NCBI RefSeq assembly: GCF_036321535.1
Contig: NC_087436.1
Location: 82,276,001 to 82,340,000, forward strand
Direction of reading: 5' to 3'
Source: Camelus dromedarius
Lineage: Eukaryota
DNA: 64,000 bases
Made by a program: the position numbers and the translations under genes
The notes under the pieces: generated by a model
The model's input: the letters and a program-made list of their open reading frames with translations, nothing else
Told to the model about the DNA's origin: nothing
The model's database searches: none
Shown here: positions 11,083 through 24,989 of the stretch, one piece after another
Position numbering within the stretch: the stretch's first letter is position 1
How the letters are laid out: every line of letters begins with the position of its first letter

Positions 11083-11784
11083 GTAGAGGGTTCTGTGGTG
11101 GTTATTACTGGGGCGTGGGGATTGGGAGGGGCATAATAACACTGTACGTATTTTATGTTCAGTTTTTCAAAGAAAAGAACTGCGTACCTGTTCCCCTTCT
11201 GACGCTTTCTCCATTCCATCTGATAACCTAGTCGCAGTCCTTTCTTGAGTCCTGTGGCGTGGGGGTGGGTTTCTGTGGCTAGATCTTAGCAAAATGAGAT
11301 TAGAAGTGGCTTCGGCACCTTGCCCCTTCAGAAGTTCCGGTGTCACTGTTTCAGCCTGAACGGGGGTGCTTGCAAAAGGACAGAGCAGACTGGGAAGGGA
11401 AGGTCGGCTGACGCCAGGCACGGCACCCTGGGGATGGGGAGTTGGGTAACCTAAGCACTGAGCTGATTGTTTGTTCAGCACATGTTAAGAAGAGGATTAG
11501 CTCCAGTACAAGAAATACGGCTTAGTAACATTGTAGAGATTTGTTTGGGAGGAAGGCCCTTGGAGAAATCCAAGGTTGGGAGATGGCAGGGCGTGCTGCC
11601 CGAGGCACTGCTCGGCGTGGAATGCCACGGCGCCGTCTTTCCTGGTGGTGGGGAAGAACTCGGCCAGCTGCTTACTTTCCCCACAGCCTCTTGAAACTTT
11701 GTTTTCTTTTTAAGCAAACTGGTGATGCTTTTTTTTTTTTTTTTTTTTTAATGTGTTGGATGTTTTGTTTTGTGCTGTTTTATT

Positions 11785-11910
11785 TTTCATTCATGCATCC
11801 ATTGATCCAGAGGTATAAATTGGGTCTTTTCCAGGGTCGGCCACTGTGCTGGGCATTGTGGACTCAGCTCTGAAACAAACCTAGTTCCTACCCTTCTAGA
11901 CTAGTGGAGG
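11785..11910 (-). mobile_element. L2 3'-end fragment
   Basis: TTCATTCAT...CACTGTGCTGGGCATTGTGGA...CCTACCCTTC. Confidence 0.5.
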
Positions 11911-11948
11911 GACGTGGAGAGCTAGCAGGCTTTTGCAGTAGATGGTGA

Positions 11949-12067
11949 TTTTTCTTTTCTTTTCTTTTCTTTTCTTTTCTTTTCTTTTCTTTTCTTTTCT
12001 TTTCTTTTCTTTTCTTTTCTTTTCTTTTCTTTCCTTTCCTTTCCTTTCCTTTCTTTTTTTTTTTTTT
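11949..12067. repeat. (TTTTC)n-(TTTCC)n-polyT pure pyrimidine tract, 119 nt
   Basis: Read directly from sequence. Confidence 0.97.
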
Positions 12068-12191
12068 GCTGTGGTAGATGAAGTACAGAATAATGTGGGG
12101 GATATAGTTTCTGGAACCTTGACTTTTCACATTTTCATTTTTATTTTTGTGTGTGCAAGTGTGTTTATGTGGTTTTGGTTTTGCTTTGCAG

Positions 12192-12313
12192 AATTCTTTG
12201 CTCAGCTCAGCACAAGTGTGTGCACCCTGGCCCTTAACAGCAGTTTGATGGATCTGGTGCACTACACAAGACAGGGTTTTCAGCGGCTAAAACAAGTAAC
12301 CAAAACACCTTAA
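12192..12313 (+). CDS. AFF1: AFF1 terminal coding exon with TAA stop
   Basis: TTGCAG acceptor; (E)FFAQLSTSVCTLALNSSLMDLVHYTRQGFQRLKQVTKTP*, matching the recalled AFF1 C-terminus. Confidence 0.96.
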
Positions 12314-15300
12314 CGGAGGCCCAGGTTGATCTGATGTCTTGGGAACTTTTTTGCACATTGGAAGCCTCAAGACATCCAGACATCTGTCTCAGCAGGACAC
12401 CAGACTCAAGAAGAGAAGCACCATGAGTTGGCCAGGACATTTGTTCACTGAAACTCTCAAGAACTGTGGAATCATTGGTTGGACACGATGGTTATGCAGA
12501 AGCAGAGAAGAGGAAGCTGGCCCCAGAGATGATCTTGCCTTTCCTAACTAAAGGACAGAAGTGCAATGTTGCCTTTGTGGGTGTATGAGTGGTCTAGAAA
12601 CATTTCCTTACTTTTTTAACCAGCAGGATGCAAATGGAATGAGGAGAAGCAATTTCAACTCTGAAAGCAAATTCACATCATCTCAGTAGCCACATTAGTT
12701 CGTTCCCAGAAGGAAGTTTCTTTAACAGTGAATTTTGGTGTAGGGTTTTGTGGATGTTTTCTTTTTGCTTTTAAATTATAGGGGAAATATTTGTTTAATA
12801 AATTCTAGGGGTCATCTATGAAACGTGAGTTGTGAAGGACTCCACTGTACCCCACTTTCCACCAGTGAACAGTAGTGGCCTTGATAATACCAAGTATTGT
12901 CATAGTTTATACAATTGAAGGCATCCGCCCCATGGCCTGGAGTACTGCACATTCACCCCAGCTCTGGTTTCTCCCATTACTGGGTCAGAAGCCAGCCCAC
13001 ATCGGAGTGGCAGAGAGAGAAGCTCCAGCACCCCGGGGAGCCATCTCGAGGTCCCCATGTAAGACGGAGGACGTGGTGCCGCCATTCCCACCCCCTGCTT
13101 CAGCGAAGGGCAGTCCATCACATTGACTATATTCTGAATTTTCTACGTTGGGGAAGAAGGGAACCAACATTTGTCCATGACAAGATGGCTGAAGTGCTTT
13201 TTGATTTTTGTGTAAGTGGCTCTGGAATTTGAGGTGCTGATCTGTGGGCTGCAGTTATGTGGTAACTCGTGTTGTCTCACCAACTCAGAGTTTTGTCAGC
13301 GAACAAAGAAAAATGAAATCTTCTTAGAGAGGCTATATTTTTCTGCTACGAATTATTTTATATTTATAGCAAAACTAGACTTTGAGAGCCCTTGATTGTC
13401 TAGGAGAAACTAACTCCCTGCGAGGCTGTGGCAATTTGGGGTGGTTAATTAGACTTTAAAAAAAAATTGTCACCGCATGCCTTCACTCCAGAGTGTTCTC
13501 AGTCAACTAGGTTTGATTAGATTGAAGAGAAACTGTGGCCTTCCCGTAAGTTGCTATTGCCAGGTTCTGTGCATTAACCCAAGTTTATTCTGAATGACCT
13601 AAAATGGAAAAAAAAAATTCCCACATATTCATAAGCACAGATTTTTTTCATTGAAACTTGGAGGGTTATTATTGGAAGCATTATTTTGAGTGCAGTGTTT
13701 TTAGAAGCCAGTTCTTTTTATCCCTGTTAGAAGTAGAATTTGCACATGTATTAACAATTGAGGAGTGAGTGTTATTGCTACAGCTCGTTTACTTTTCTCC
13801 CTTCATCCCGTCCTGCTCCTCTGCACGTTGTTGCGCACCAAGCATGCTTGACACTGTCATATTTATTTATTAGTGAAGAAGGGAGCACCATCTTTATTTA
13901 TAGTGAAGAGGTCTAAGGTCCATACGATGAATGTAAGAACTGTCTTGATAACTTGGTAACTATATAAAAGGGATGTGTAGAGGATGGGAGTGATGCTTAT
14001 TTTTCACAATATGAATTGTTTGTGTGAAGCTGTTCCCTCAGTGTCTTACATTATCCAGCCTGTTCTCTGGTTCTCACTAGCTAGGACAGAGGTCTGTTAG
14101 CCTCATATTTAGGTTAAAGCCGGAGAGTTACAGCAATTGCAATATCGGAGCATAAGAACTTGATGTGTGATCTTGATGGGCTGATTTCTTTGATGGATGT
14201 TCTAAAGCAAAACCATGGTCCTTTTTAAACGACTCGTCTAAAAAGGAACCTGTTGTTAACAGTAATTGCTTGGTAGGTTGTATGGTTATGGCATTGTGTG
14301 TCCGTCTCTTACCTGGAGACAAGACACCAGGATCAGGCTTATGTGGTTACTTAACATCTTTTTTCCTCCTAATCCCTTGGCCCTTCCGTCCCCCTCCACC
14401 CCATCAGTCCCCAGTACAAGCCACCAGTCAGTCTGGAAGGGTGCGTTCTTGAGCACAGGTTCTGGTCTGTGCAGACCGTGCCGAGTGTGTGTGTCCTGTC
14501 GGGAGCCACAGAGCCCCCTTTGACTGAAGACATTTCCAAGTCAATTTCTCAGCCGTGTCTAAAAGAAGTGGTTCCTTTTTCAGTGGCCTTATTCTTTGTG
14601 CGTTTTCCTCCCCCTGATATTTATATTGAAATTTTATTTGTCCCTTGAAAAACTAATGAATTTGCAGAGATCAGTTTGTACTATTTTGATCATGGAATAT
14701 TTCTGATCCTTAACTGCAACATGCATCGTACCTAAAAGAAATCTTAATGGCTACTTTTTAAATAGAGTATGTAAGAGGTAGTGGCTGATGAATCCTTAAT
14801 GTCCCTAAGGTCTTTTTGCTGTTACAGTTTATATAGAAATCTAAAGGGTTTTTAAGTCATTTGCACTTTTCCACTGCATGCTTAAATCCCCAAAGGCAAA
14901 TTTTGTACTGAGGTAGATAATTGAAAGGATTAGATTATAAAATTAAGCTTTTCAATGTGTGAAGTTCTTAAAACAACCATAGTAGTACACACTTCACAGT
15001 GAGACACATACAAAAAACATCTTGAGTGTAAATTGAGTGTAAAAGTCTTGCCTTTGGCACTACAGTTTCTAGTGTGTGTGTGTCTGTCTTTATTAGGGAA
15101 TGGATAAATACTGTTTTACTTTTTAAAATGTTGAATGTTTCTGTCCTTGAAGATAATTAAAATGTGAATCACTGAACATAAGATTTTAGCCAGACTAAGG
15201 GCCCTGCTAAACAGTGAAAAATACTTTACTGCAATTTACCAGATGACACTGGGTTACGAATGTGAAAACATCAGCCAGGTGCTAGGTGTGGTGAGGAGTG

Positions 15301-15727
15301 GCAGAGTCCAGCCGGCGTATTACCAGGGCTGGAACGGGACTTACCTGATGTTGTGATTTAACTACCAGACTGAGTGGGGAAAGTGCCTGATTTTTTTTTT
15401 TTTTTTTTTTGGAACAAAAGGACCTTTATTTTATAATCTGTTTTGACAAAAATGTTTAGTTATTTCCCCTAGACAGATTGGACCACACTTTTCTCCCTTG
15501 TTTTATATCCTTAAATGCCCATTCTCAGGATGTTTAGAAGCTGACAAACTACCCTTTTCTGGCTGAAAACTTTCCTTAATTGGTACCTTAAATATTAATG
15601 TTAGTAGGATCAGGATCTTACTATTTTTTTTAATGATTCTTCAATAATTTTTAGAAACAAAAAGAACCATTGTGCCCTCCCAAATGGACAAAACTTTTAT
15701 CTCTATATAAAAGGAAATATGTGTGTT

Positions 15728-15831
<104 letters not shown>

Positions 15832-17596
15832 GAGGCTAGCTGAATTGGATATATTTATTGTGCCTTTGTTGACCAAACCTAATTTTGGAATAATGCTGTA
15901 TTTATTTTGCCATGGTGAGGTGGATCTTGCACCTTTTTCTCTTCTGCTTCATGAAGTTTGAGGTGTATTTGTGCATCTTAAGGTAAGTGAATCAAATAAG
16001 CCTTGTTTTCCTACACCTCCCACCACAGGTTCTCCTTTTTTCTTAAGGATTTATATTCCCAGACACTACACAAAATCTGTGAAAAACTGAACCACTTCAT
16101 GTATTAAATACTGATTAGCAGTATTTCAATCTTGCAAGAATATTTGACCTTTTAGAAACACAGGTGTAGAGATTTGCTCATCGTGGTCAGGGTTATAGCG
16201 GTACTTGCTCCCTTCTCTTTCTCTAGCGGGTTGCCTCTTTTGTTTTTTTATCCTATTTAGAATTTATGGATGTGAGTTTTTCCCCTGTGCTTTATCTTTT
16301 GTCATTTTGTTTGTGGGAGGTGGAGTGGCAGCAGAGTAACATGGTGTTGGGGGATTTTCCTTCAAACATTGCAAGTGGTATTTCTACCAAATAAACCTCA
16401 AACATCCAGTCCAGTTGTGCTAATCACCAAGAATCTGAGAATGAATTGTGACCACTGGCCATGTTCTTTAGTTCTTATTTATGAGGAGTTGACAAGCACC
16501 ATCTACCACCTTTCTTAAGGTGGCTGTAAATTTCCTGTTGTCCTGGGGAAAGTCACACTGTATTGTGCTCCATGATGTGTCGGATGTTGACAGGTACTGT
16601 GATGGGTAGAGAAGTGCCTATATGTATTTCTCTCCCCAAGAGGACGGGAGGGAGACTTACAGCTCCCTGTGAGCCCGGATAGTACTACACCGGCCTGAAG
16701 GACAAGGGAATAAGACCACTGACAGCGAGGCTGACCAGGCTGCACTGGTCAGACCGGGCAGTGGCTGACCTAAGGAAGGTAACTTGCTTTGCTTAAAAGT
16801 AGATGTTTAAGCGATGCTTAAAACAGGCAGTATTAACTTTTGTTAATTAACTTCTGTTAATTTTCAGGCCATCAACATGTATGGTTAAAATTACTGCACA
16901 CCCCCCTCAGATAGCAAGTATACACTGTTCATGTTGGTGTGTGTGTGTTTATACACGATAGTCCCAAATCTTGTTTTGATTTTTTTTCTGAATGTGATCA
17001 TGTTTTGGATGATACCTGAGCAGGGTTACCTTTTTTATTTATTACCATTATATATTATATTATATATTTTTTTTGCTTTCTTATAACTTTAGAGGAAAGT
17101 CAAATCTTGGTATTATTGAAATTGTTTAAAAAATAAATTGTCCAGTTGATAAATGAAGATCACTGGTCTATGTCTAAAATAATATGAATTTTTCTTTAAT
17201 TATTGTGAAATAACGTGCCCGCTGTCTAGTCCACACCGTGATTTTGTATGTAGGATAGGAAAGCAGCGATGCTCTCAGTGGGAAGATGTGCAGCACAGGT
17301 GAGGGGACTCCATGTGTGTTACCTACTTCATCTGGAACTGCAACTTGGGGCTTCTGTGAATAAAATCTAGCTGCCTTGTGTAGTCCTTTGAAAGACATAC
17401 GTGATCTGTGAGAATTACAGGTTTTCTTTTTTTTAGAAGAAAAATTTGCAAAAGATCTTTCCAAAGATAATGTGCCACAGATCTTTTGTTTGTTGTTCTC
17501 TGTAATGAGGATTAATTACTGTTTAAAAAAACATGTAATTGACTTGTTCGTCTTCAAATTCTTTACTTTTGACAAGAGGATCGAGCTGTAAAAAAA

Positions 17597-17606
17597 AATA
17601 AATAAA
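17597..17606 (+). terminator. Probable distal AFF1 polyadenylation signal
   Basis: Overlapping AATAAATAAA with TGTA just upstream and G/U-rich sequence downstream. Confidence 0.7.
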
Positions 17607-17994
17607 AATTTAGAGAAATCATTTGGGTGGAATCCATGCTTTTACTTTGCCTGAATATAAAGTAATTCCTAAAATTGCTATACGTAATTACCACTTATAG
17701 CCAAAGGAGTCTCACGTGGAATCATGTGCCCTTATTCACAATATGTGTTTACTCTTGCAATGGGAAAAGTGTGGGCAGAGGACAGCACATCCTTCTGTTC
17801 AGTTTATTTTTCAAGAGCTCAATCAACAAAAATTAGCTTAGTATCACCTGCATGGCTTATCCTAACATCAGCTGCCAGTGACCAAATTCGCCGATTTTCA
17901 GTTTGCTGGGTAGACAGATTGTTTATAGAATGTTAATATTGGAAGGAATCTAAAGGCCATCTGGTCTCTCCTCCCTTTGCCCCTCCGAAAGAAA

Positions 17995-18195
17995 TACTCT
18001 AGGTGCTGAAATCTGACTTCTTAAATTCGAATCCTGGCTCTCCAGTCTGCTGTGTGACCATGGGTAAGTTACTTAACCTCTCTAAGTTTCTTTTCTCATT
18101 TATACTTTGTTGCTTTGGTGTCTGCCTAATGAGATGGTGAGGATCACATTAGATGGTGTGCTTATTATAGCATAGTGTCTCTGGCATGAACACTC
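17995..18195 (+). mobile_element. MIR SINE
   Basis: TTCGAATCCTGGCTCT...CTGTGTGACCATGGGTAAGTTACTTAACCTCTCT core. Confidence 0.7.
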
Positions 18196-18562
18196 GGGCT
18201 GGTGGCTTTTTTTTTTTTAACTTATTCCCTCCCCTCACTGCAGTATCACAACAGTTGATGCTCCAGTCTGACTGGACACTGATAAAGTCCTTAGTACCCA
18301 CCTCTTCCCCTCTGATTCTTTTGTTCTTACACTAGGTAGACCCCTACTTATGTTGATCCTATGAACAAACGGACTCACCCTTGGCAAGCTTATAGTAAAG
18401 CTGACAAGCCAGCAAGACCTGTGTGGGAAACAGCAGGTGTGGGAAAGGGCATGTGTTAGTCCCGAGTAAGGGAAGCTCCAGGGACAAGATCTCATTTGAA
18501 CTAGGCCTTGAAGGATAATGGGCCATTACACCTCTCTGATGGCTTTCATCTTTTCCACAAAA

Positions 18563-18746
18563 ATTTTTTGTAAACATTTTTTATTGATTTATCATCATTT
18601 TACAATGTGTCAAATTCCAGTGTTCAGCACAATTTTTCAGTTATACATGAACATATATATATTCATTCACATTTTTTCTCTGAGCTACAAGATACTGTGT
18701 ATATTACCCTGTGCTGTACAGTATAATCTTGTTTATCTATTCTAAA
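18563..18746 (-). mobile_element. Lineage-specific L1 3' end with TSD
   Basis: TTTTATTGATTT...TTACCCTGTGCTGTACAGTATAATCTTGTTTATC; flanked on both sides by TCCACAAAA. Confidence 0.7.
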
Positions 18747-18779
18747 TCCACAAAAACTTTCTATGTCACATCTTGTCTA

Positions 18780-19480
18780 TTAGAGTTTTAGTAGAAGTCC
18801 ATTGTATGGTTGTACCAATTTATTCAAGCAACCCCCGTGTTAGACATTACTTCTGATTTGGGGATATCATAAAGAATGCTCCCACAGCCATTCCTGGAGC
18901 AAACTAGTTGGACAGATTGGATTTTTCATATTTTTTAATGAAAATGTGTGCATGTGTATATTTACACTGAGTTACACTTCACCCCTAAAAACTTCAGCAT
19001 GCATTTCTCAGGAAGTTTTCCAGCATAACCACAATACCATTATAGCAGCTAAGAAAATTTCTCAACATCTAGTATTCAGTTCACATTCAAATTTCTGTAA
19101 TTGTGCCCCAAAGGTCTTACAGCTCATTTTTTTGAGCCAAGACTCAGTCAAGTTTTAGACATTACAGTTGGTCATTATGTCTCTTTAATGTAATGTTCTG
19201 CATCTTGGATTTGTGTTTCCCTCAGTGTCCTTTAATTCATTCCCTTATCTCCTATGTAGATTCTCTGTAAGCTTAGGTTTAGAGGCTTGATTATATTTGG
19301 CAAGAATCTTTCAAAGGTGGTGCTGTGTATTTCGTATTGCATCACGTAAGAAGGCACCTAAAATCGTTAGTGATGGTAACTCTTGAGTCTTTGGTTAAGA
19401 TACCGTCACCAAAACTGTTAATTGGGGCCTTTCCCTGTTGCAGCCATCTTTCACTTACTGATTTTAGCATTCAGTGATCA
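18780..19480 (-). mobile_element. Old L1 (L1MC/ME-like) 3' fragments
   Basis: CCCCTAAAACTTCAGCATGCATTTCT...CATAACCACAATACCATTAT; GGTGCTGTGTATTTCGTATTGCATCAC. Confidence 0.55.
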
Positions 19481-20999
19481 TTTACTCCTTTACCAACTGT
19501 ACTATGTTTGGAAAAAAACAAAAAGGCGAAAAAAAATCACTCCATTTGATAGGTGGGAAACGGTGTCTTCTGATGTTTTCACTTACGTTTTCATTCTTAC
19601 AGTATTTGTCCCCTTACATGTGAAGGTGCTGTGTGTGGCACATGGGTTACATGCCCAATACTCTAGACCTAGACCCAGTGTGAGTTCCCAACTGGGTAGA
19701 TGTGGGGAAAGTTGTCACTTAAATCATACGGAATGAGTTCACAACTAGGAAAGGTTCTGTTAATGAACAGAGGATCCTTCCGGGCTATTCATCTTTGTTC
19801 CTCTTGATTTATATATTTAGGATATTAACCTCTTATGTTGTAAATATTTTTCTCCAAAGTATCTTGCCTTTCAATTTTTATTATGGTACTTTTTAAACAA
19901 AGTTTGTTTAGTTTTAAGTAGGCCGACTTCTATCAATGTCCGCAGTTTCCGCTTTTTGTATGTAAGGGCTGTTTCCCAGGACACTGCGAGGCCCATTTCC
20001 TACTGCTGATTACCGGTGGCAACTCTGAGGTGAGATAGAAACCCTCCTGTGTGTATCCTTCTCAGGCTTTAAATCAGTGTTTAGGCACTTTTGGAGTTTA
20101 TTTAAACGAGCATTTGTTCACTTTTTGCCAGAGATGCTGCAAATATAAATTGTCACAATCCAGGCCACTTTTAATTAAGACATCTAGGTAGTGTTTAGAA
20201 CCCCCTCAATCCATTCCAAACAGCTTTGAAGCCTAGTGGGTCTTCAGAATATAATCGAGGTTTATCTCTTACTTGGTTGTGATTAGAAAAGTATAACCAT
20301 CGAGACTGTTTTGTCTTAGAACAGGATTCTGTCAGTGTTTGTGGTTTCCCCACGGACCACACTCAACTGAAAGCCAAGACTGTAGTGAGACAGCGAGGCT
20401 CTGATAATGAAGACCTGTGCCCTTAGAACAGACTGGAGGGTGGCTCTTGGAATGCTTTCTAAACAGACAATTCAATTTTAACTTTAAAAGACCATATGTC
20501 TGCTCTGGATAAGTGCTTTACATCACCCTTCTCAATTCCTGGGGCCCAGTCCTAACATCTCGTTTACCTTATTTCACACGTCAGAGGCAGAAACAGTTAA
20601 GTGGTCTGTATCTCTCCACTGCTAAATATTCCTGTAAATTATCACCTGAGCAACACACGTGTATACATACACATATATACACTATTACTGGAAAACCAAT
20701 TGTACTCAACTGCATGGGCTTTAGAAAAATGTCTTTAACTATTTAACTTCCTGTTTTTCCATATTTGTCCTGTAGTCTTTGAAGAGATTCCAACTGCACC
20801 TGAGGTCTTCACAAGCATCTCAAAGGGAGTAAGTGATCTGGTAGAGTGGTTTTGCAGAGATCCCCCAAGCCTACAACTACAAGAGTTATCATTTTGAAAT
20901 CTTGTAAAAATTGTTTTCAAACTGATTTACAAATAGACTTTAAAAAAAGACACATGAGCATACAGAGCAAAAAATTTAGAGCAAGTTTACTTCATCCCT

Positions 21000-21520
21000 T
21001 CCTCCCTAAAGTAAACAACCAGTAAGTTTGGCGCACTTTGTGTGCACAGAACTTTTTTGTGCACTTACACATTGTTTTTATACATAAAATTGGATATACT
21101 GTTTTTTTTCCACTTTATATGTCTTCTGTTAATCATTTTGTGTAGTAAGGCTATATCACCATTTATTTAAACATTCTCCCATTATGCACGTAAGCCTCCC
21201 CTGGCACCCCACCCAATTATTCTGCTGTTATAAACAATGCTGTACTGAGGAATCTTGGTACACACATCATCATGCATTCTTGTGTTTCTAAAAGATAAAT
21301 TTCTGGAAGCGGGATATCTGGGTCAGAAGATAAACCAACTTAAAAAAAATTTTGTTGTTACCAAACCACTTCTCTTTAGAAGCTCTTATACCAACTGTGG
21401 ATGAGCTTAAGTTCTTGCCAGCTTTGGCTGCAAAGTGAAAAACAGTATTATACTCTAAATTTGCATTTCTCTGACAACTGAAGTTAACCACTTTGCCACA
21501 AATTTATTTGGCCACTGGGA
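21000..21520 (-). mobile_element. Old L1 (L1ME-like) fragment
   Basis: TGCTGTTATAAACAATGCTGTACTGAGGAATCTT...AATTTGCATTTCTCTG. Confidence 0.5.
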
Positions 21521-24500
21521 TTTCTGATTCTGTGGAATGCCTGTTCTTGTACTTATTTCTGTGAGATTCTCTTCAGGTTGTTGACTGCCTCTGACATACT
21601 GCATGACTTCCCAAGTTTGCTCCATTGCCTGCACCTCGAACGACATCACAGGCTGCTTACGTTTCCCCACTTTTTCCAGCATTGGAGGTGATGGTCAATC
21701 CCTGACATGGGTCTTCAGGATTTAAAGTTCCATTAACCTTTAAAACTTATTTCTTGGTCCAAGGAACTGACACTCATCCTGGATAAACTGGAAGCTGTAA
21801 AACATTGGCAACGGTTTGAGACCCAGTGGGTATACAGAAGGAAGTTCACTGTAGGTTTCCCTATGGCCCCAGAGATCAAACCTAAAATTTGATGTGTCAG
21901 TCCTGAGCCTTACTTGACTAGCCCTATTAACTTCACATTTGCTTATTTTAAATGAAGGTAAAAAGCAAAGGAAGACTGATTTTCTTTTTACCCCTGTGAA
22001 ATTTACTCCCATCCGTTCAAAGTGTTAGTGATTCCTGTGTACAAAGTGACTTGCTTCAGAATATGCGTCAGGCTGCCCAGCTCCTGGACTGCATGTCTCT
22101 TTCCACCCAGGTGACAGGTTAATTTAGATCTGGTGATTTCACACTGAGATACCCACTGTCCTGCCTTGTCAGTGGTCCTAACACAGAAGCTAAAGTGAAC
22201 ACCCTATGGTCATACTGTTCAGACTGGGTTACTTCAACCAACTAATCTGTTAGGCAGAGAACAGCATTCCTCTTATGCTTATGTGTTGGTCCTGAATTCC
22301 CCACAGCAAAATGGAGCCATTCGGCCTTTTTTCCTTTCATTTACCTCATCCATGACACTCCCATCGCTCTAGCACAACAGGCCTAGAAAGTGAAAACATG
22401 GAGAAGAGGAAAGGAACATGTATTAAGTGATACGTGCTGTGCATTTTCTATGGTTTGTATTTTTAAAACCACCTTTCAAATGAGTCGTTACTTTGCTTTA
22501 CAGATGATGAAATTTAAGCTATGTCTATGGTCAAGCAGCTTGTAAAAGATGAAACTCATTACGGTATAGATCTGTTTGACCTCAACTTAGGAAGGGATTT
22601 TTCTTGAGAACAAACTAAAGGAAATGTGGCTTTTATAAGCTTTTTAAAAATGTCATCCACAAGCAGTTAACATTTAACCGTTTTGGGATTTTACGGGGGA
22701 CAATCAGTAAAACTGGATTATGAGCAGGAATAGGTTTTACAAAACAAACTGAGAAGGAAGTCCTGAGAACCTGCAGCCACAGAAACTTCAACAGCACAGT
22801 GGCGGGGGAAGGAGTCCTTGTCTAACGCCGCTTCACGTGCTGCCTTGTAGACGTCCTCCATTTACCAGTGCTAGTCAAGACACTAACAATTCTAGTGACT
22901 GCTGAGATGGACAGGTTTTTTTTTTTCTCATTTGTATACTATTTGAGGGCATGGATTACTTAATAGAGAAAAATTTAAAATATTAAATATGTGATAAACC
23001 TTTAAAGTAGCATGAAAACAATTTTTAGAAGTCATGAATGATGTAAAGTAACCTTTAAAGTTTAAAGTCCCAGCAAATATGAAATAACTAAAATAGGCAA
23101 CAGCATGAATTCCCCCTGGGTCCTCTAAGTTTGAGAGTAAAGGGACCAAATAAAACTTCAACTCAGAAACTGATGACTTAGAAGGGTCCAACTGGGGCCC
23201 AAGACATTCAGTCCTCTAATTTTCACCATATAGGGTATAGGCATCTAGGCAAAACAAACATCCTCCTCTGTCTTGTGCAAGTTACCTGAATGTCTGGTAC
23301 TCTATTTCCTCACCTGTAACAAAAAAGGAAGGAGTTAAAATGATATCCTAGAGTCTACAGTGAAAATATTAGCAATCAAACATTTCCCTATTAAATGTGA
23401 GTTAACTACACAGAACTTACAAAAAAAACCCCACTGTCCTTCAAGATCATCAGGAGATGGGGAGTGTTCTACACATTTGTTACCATTGTTCAAAACAAAT
23501 TTATAACATCTTTAAAACTGTTTGCAGAACTAGGCAGGCAAGCATACACACATACCCTACTGACTTTATGATAGTTTTTCTGGGAAGAGTTAAACAATAC
23601 TGTTCATATAAATCATCAGACTTGGTTCCAAAATAAAGGCAGAGGATAAAATTTTGTCTATGTTAAGTATCTCTTGTTTTGGCAATGACATTGGATTAAT
23701 CAAAATCTCCACATATTAATTTTTTAAAAAGCAGTATTTGTTATAGCAACATTAAAAAAGTTCTGATGCATATTTAAAAATTTTAACCCCCAACTATTTC
23801 AATTTCCCTCCTAGCCACTGCTTATCCTGAAGTTGAACAAACTACCTTCTGTCCTAAACCTTATACCCCTTTACCCACCCTAATTGATAAATAATCCATT
23901 TACTATGGTGTAGAATTACTGTGTACCAAATTGTCACACAAGAATGGATGGTCTGGCCTCTCCTCTTGCTTCCATTTGACTGAAGCAGTAAATCAACCAT
24001 GCGCAGACCCCATGGGTCCATCATGCTTTCTACTATTTTGTACTAGGCTTTTGTGTGTGTGCACATATGTACATATACACACATACAAGTATACATGATC
24101 ATTTTACAGACATGTCAGGAAAGTAAAATACATTGTTAGGTAAATGCATTGTGCTAGTGCCCAAAAATTTAAGAGAAATTTCACATAGGTACATTCTCCC
24201 CACTTTTTGAACATTTAATTGTTTAAAGTAAGAACCTACAGTTTGCTTAAACAATTAAGTGTTTAGTTTTACTACCCTAATTTCCTGAAGCCACATCTTT
24301 GTTTACTTACCAAATACACATTCCTTCAGTCAGTCAGTCCCTGGCCGGGTTTCTTCTTTAGCTCAATTTTTTCAGTTTTTAATGTGCATCTTGCTCTCAT
24401 TTCAGCAGAGCCCTAGGAGCCTGGGGGCAGCTGAGACCCATTCTAAAGTTTTACAACTCTCTACAGGCATATTTACAGAGTGTTACCTGAAAATACCAAG

Positions 24501-24989
24501 GAGCCACCAGACATTCCACTTGTGTGCAATTCATTAAAAGGAATTTACATTCACTCCACTAGTAAGAATTATTTACTCCTCTGGCTCTGGTCTAAAAGGA
24601 TGTGGTAGGTATGAGTCAACAAAACTGTGTCTGGCCTTTTCCTCCCCGTCTTCATAAGCATTAGCCACTCCACAGGTGTAACCCTTTATACCAAAAGGCC
24701 TGAGTGCATAAAGTGGGTGAGATCTGAAGCACAAAAGCTTCGTTTGAATATATGGCACCTCCAGGGATTAAGTAAAAGCCACAACCAACCAGCCAAGTCC
24801 TGAGAACTATTAACAGGGGTAATTAGGAAAACATTTTGAACCTGGGCCTCAATTGCGCTCAGTGTGCTAAATAATGCAGGCACAACATGAAATCAGTGTA
24901 AACTTTAACATGTTTTAGCTTTAAGCTTTCTATTTAGTGCCCTTTTCCCAAGTGTAATGTGTAGAATGCACCACTAGAGAGCAGCCATT

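Noticed and set aside
10743..11219. 158-aa antisense ORF
   Set aside because: Shadow of the GC-rich AFF1 exon
11888..12262. Lys/Arg-rich and Phe-rich ORFs
   Set aside because: Translations of the (TTTTC)n microsatellite; only the last part of the + frame is real AFF1
22834..22839. CACGTG E-box in a mildly CpG-rich intergenic patch
   Set aside because: A single hexamer is expected by chance; no other support
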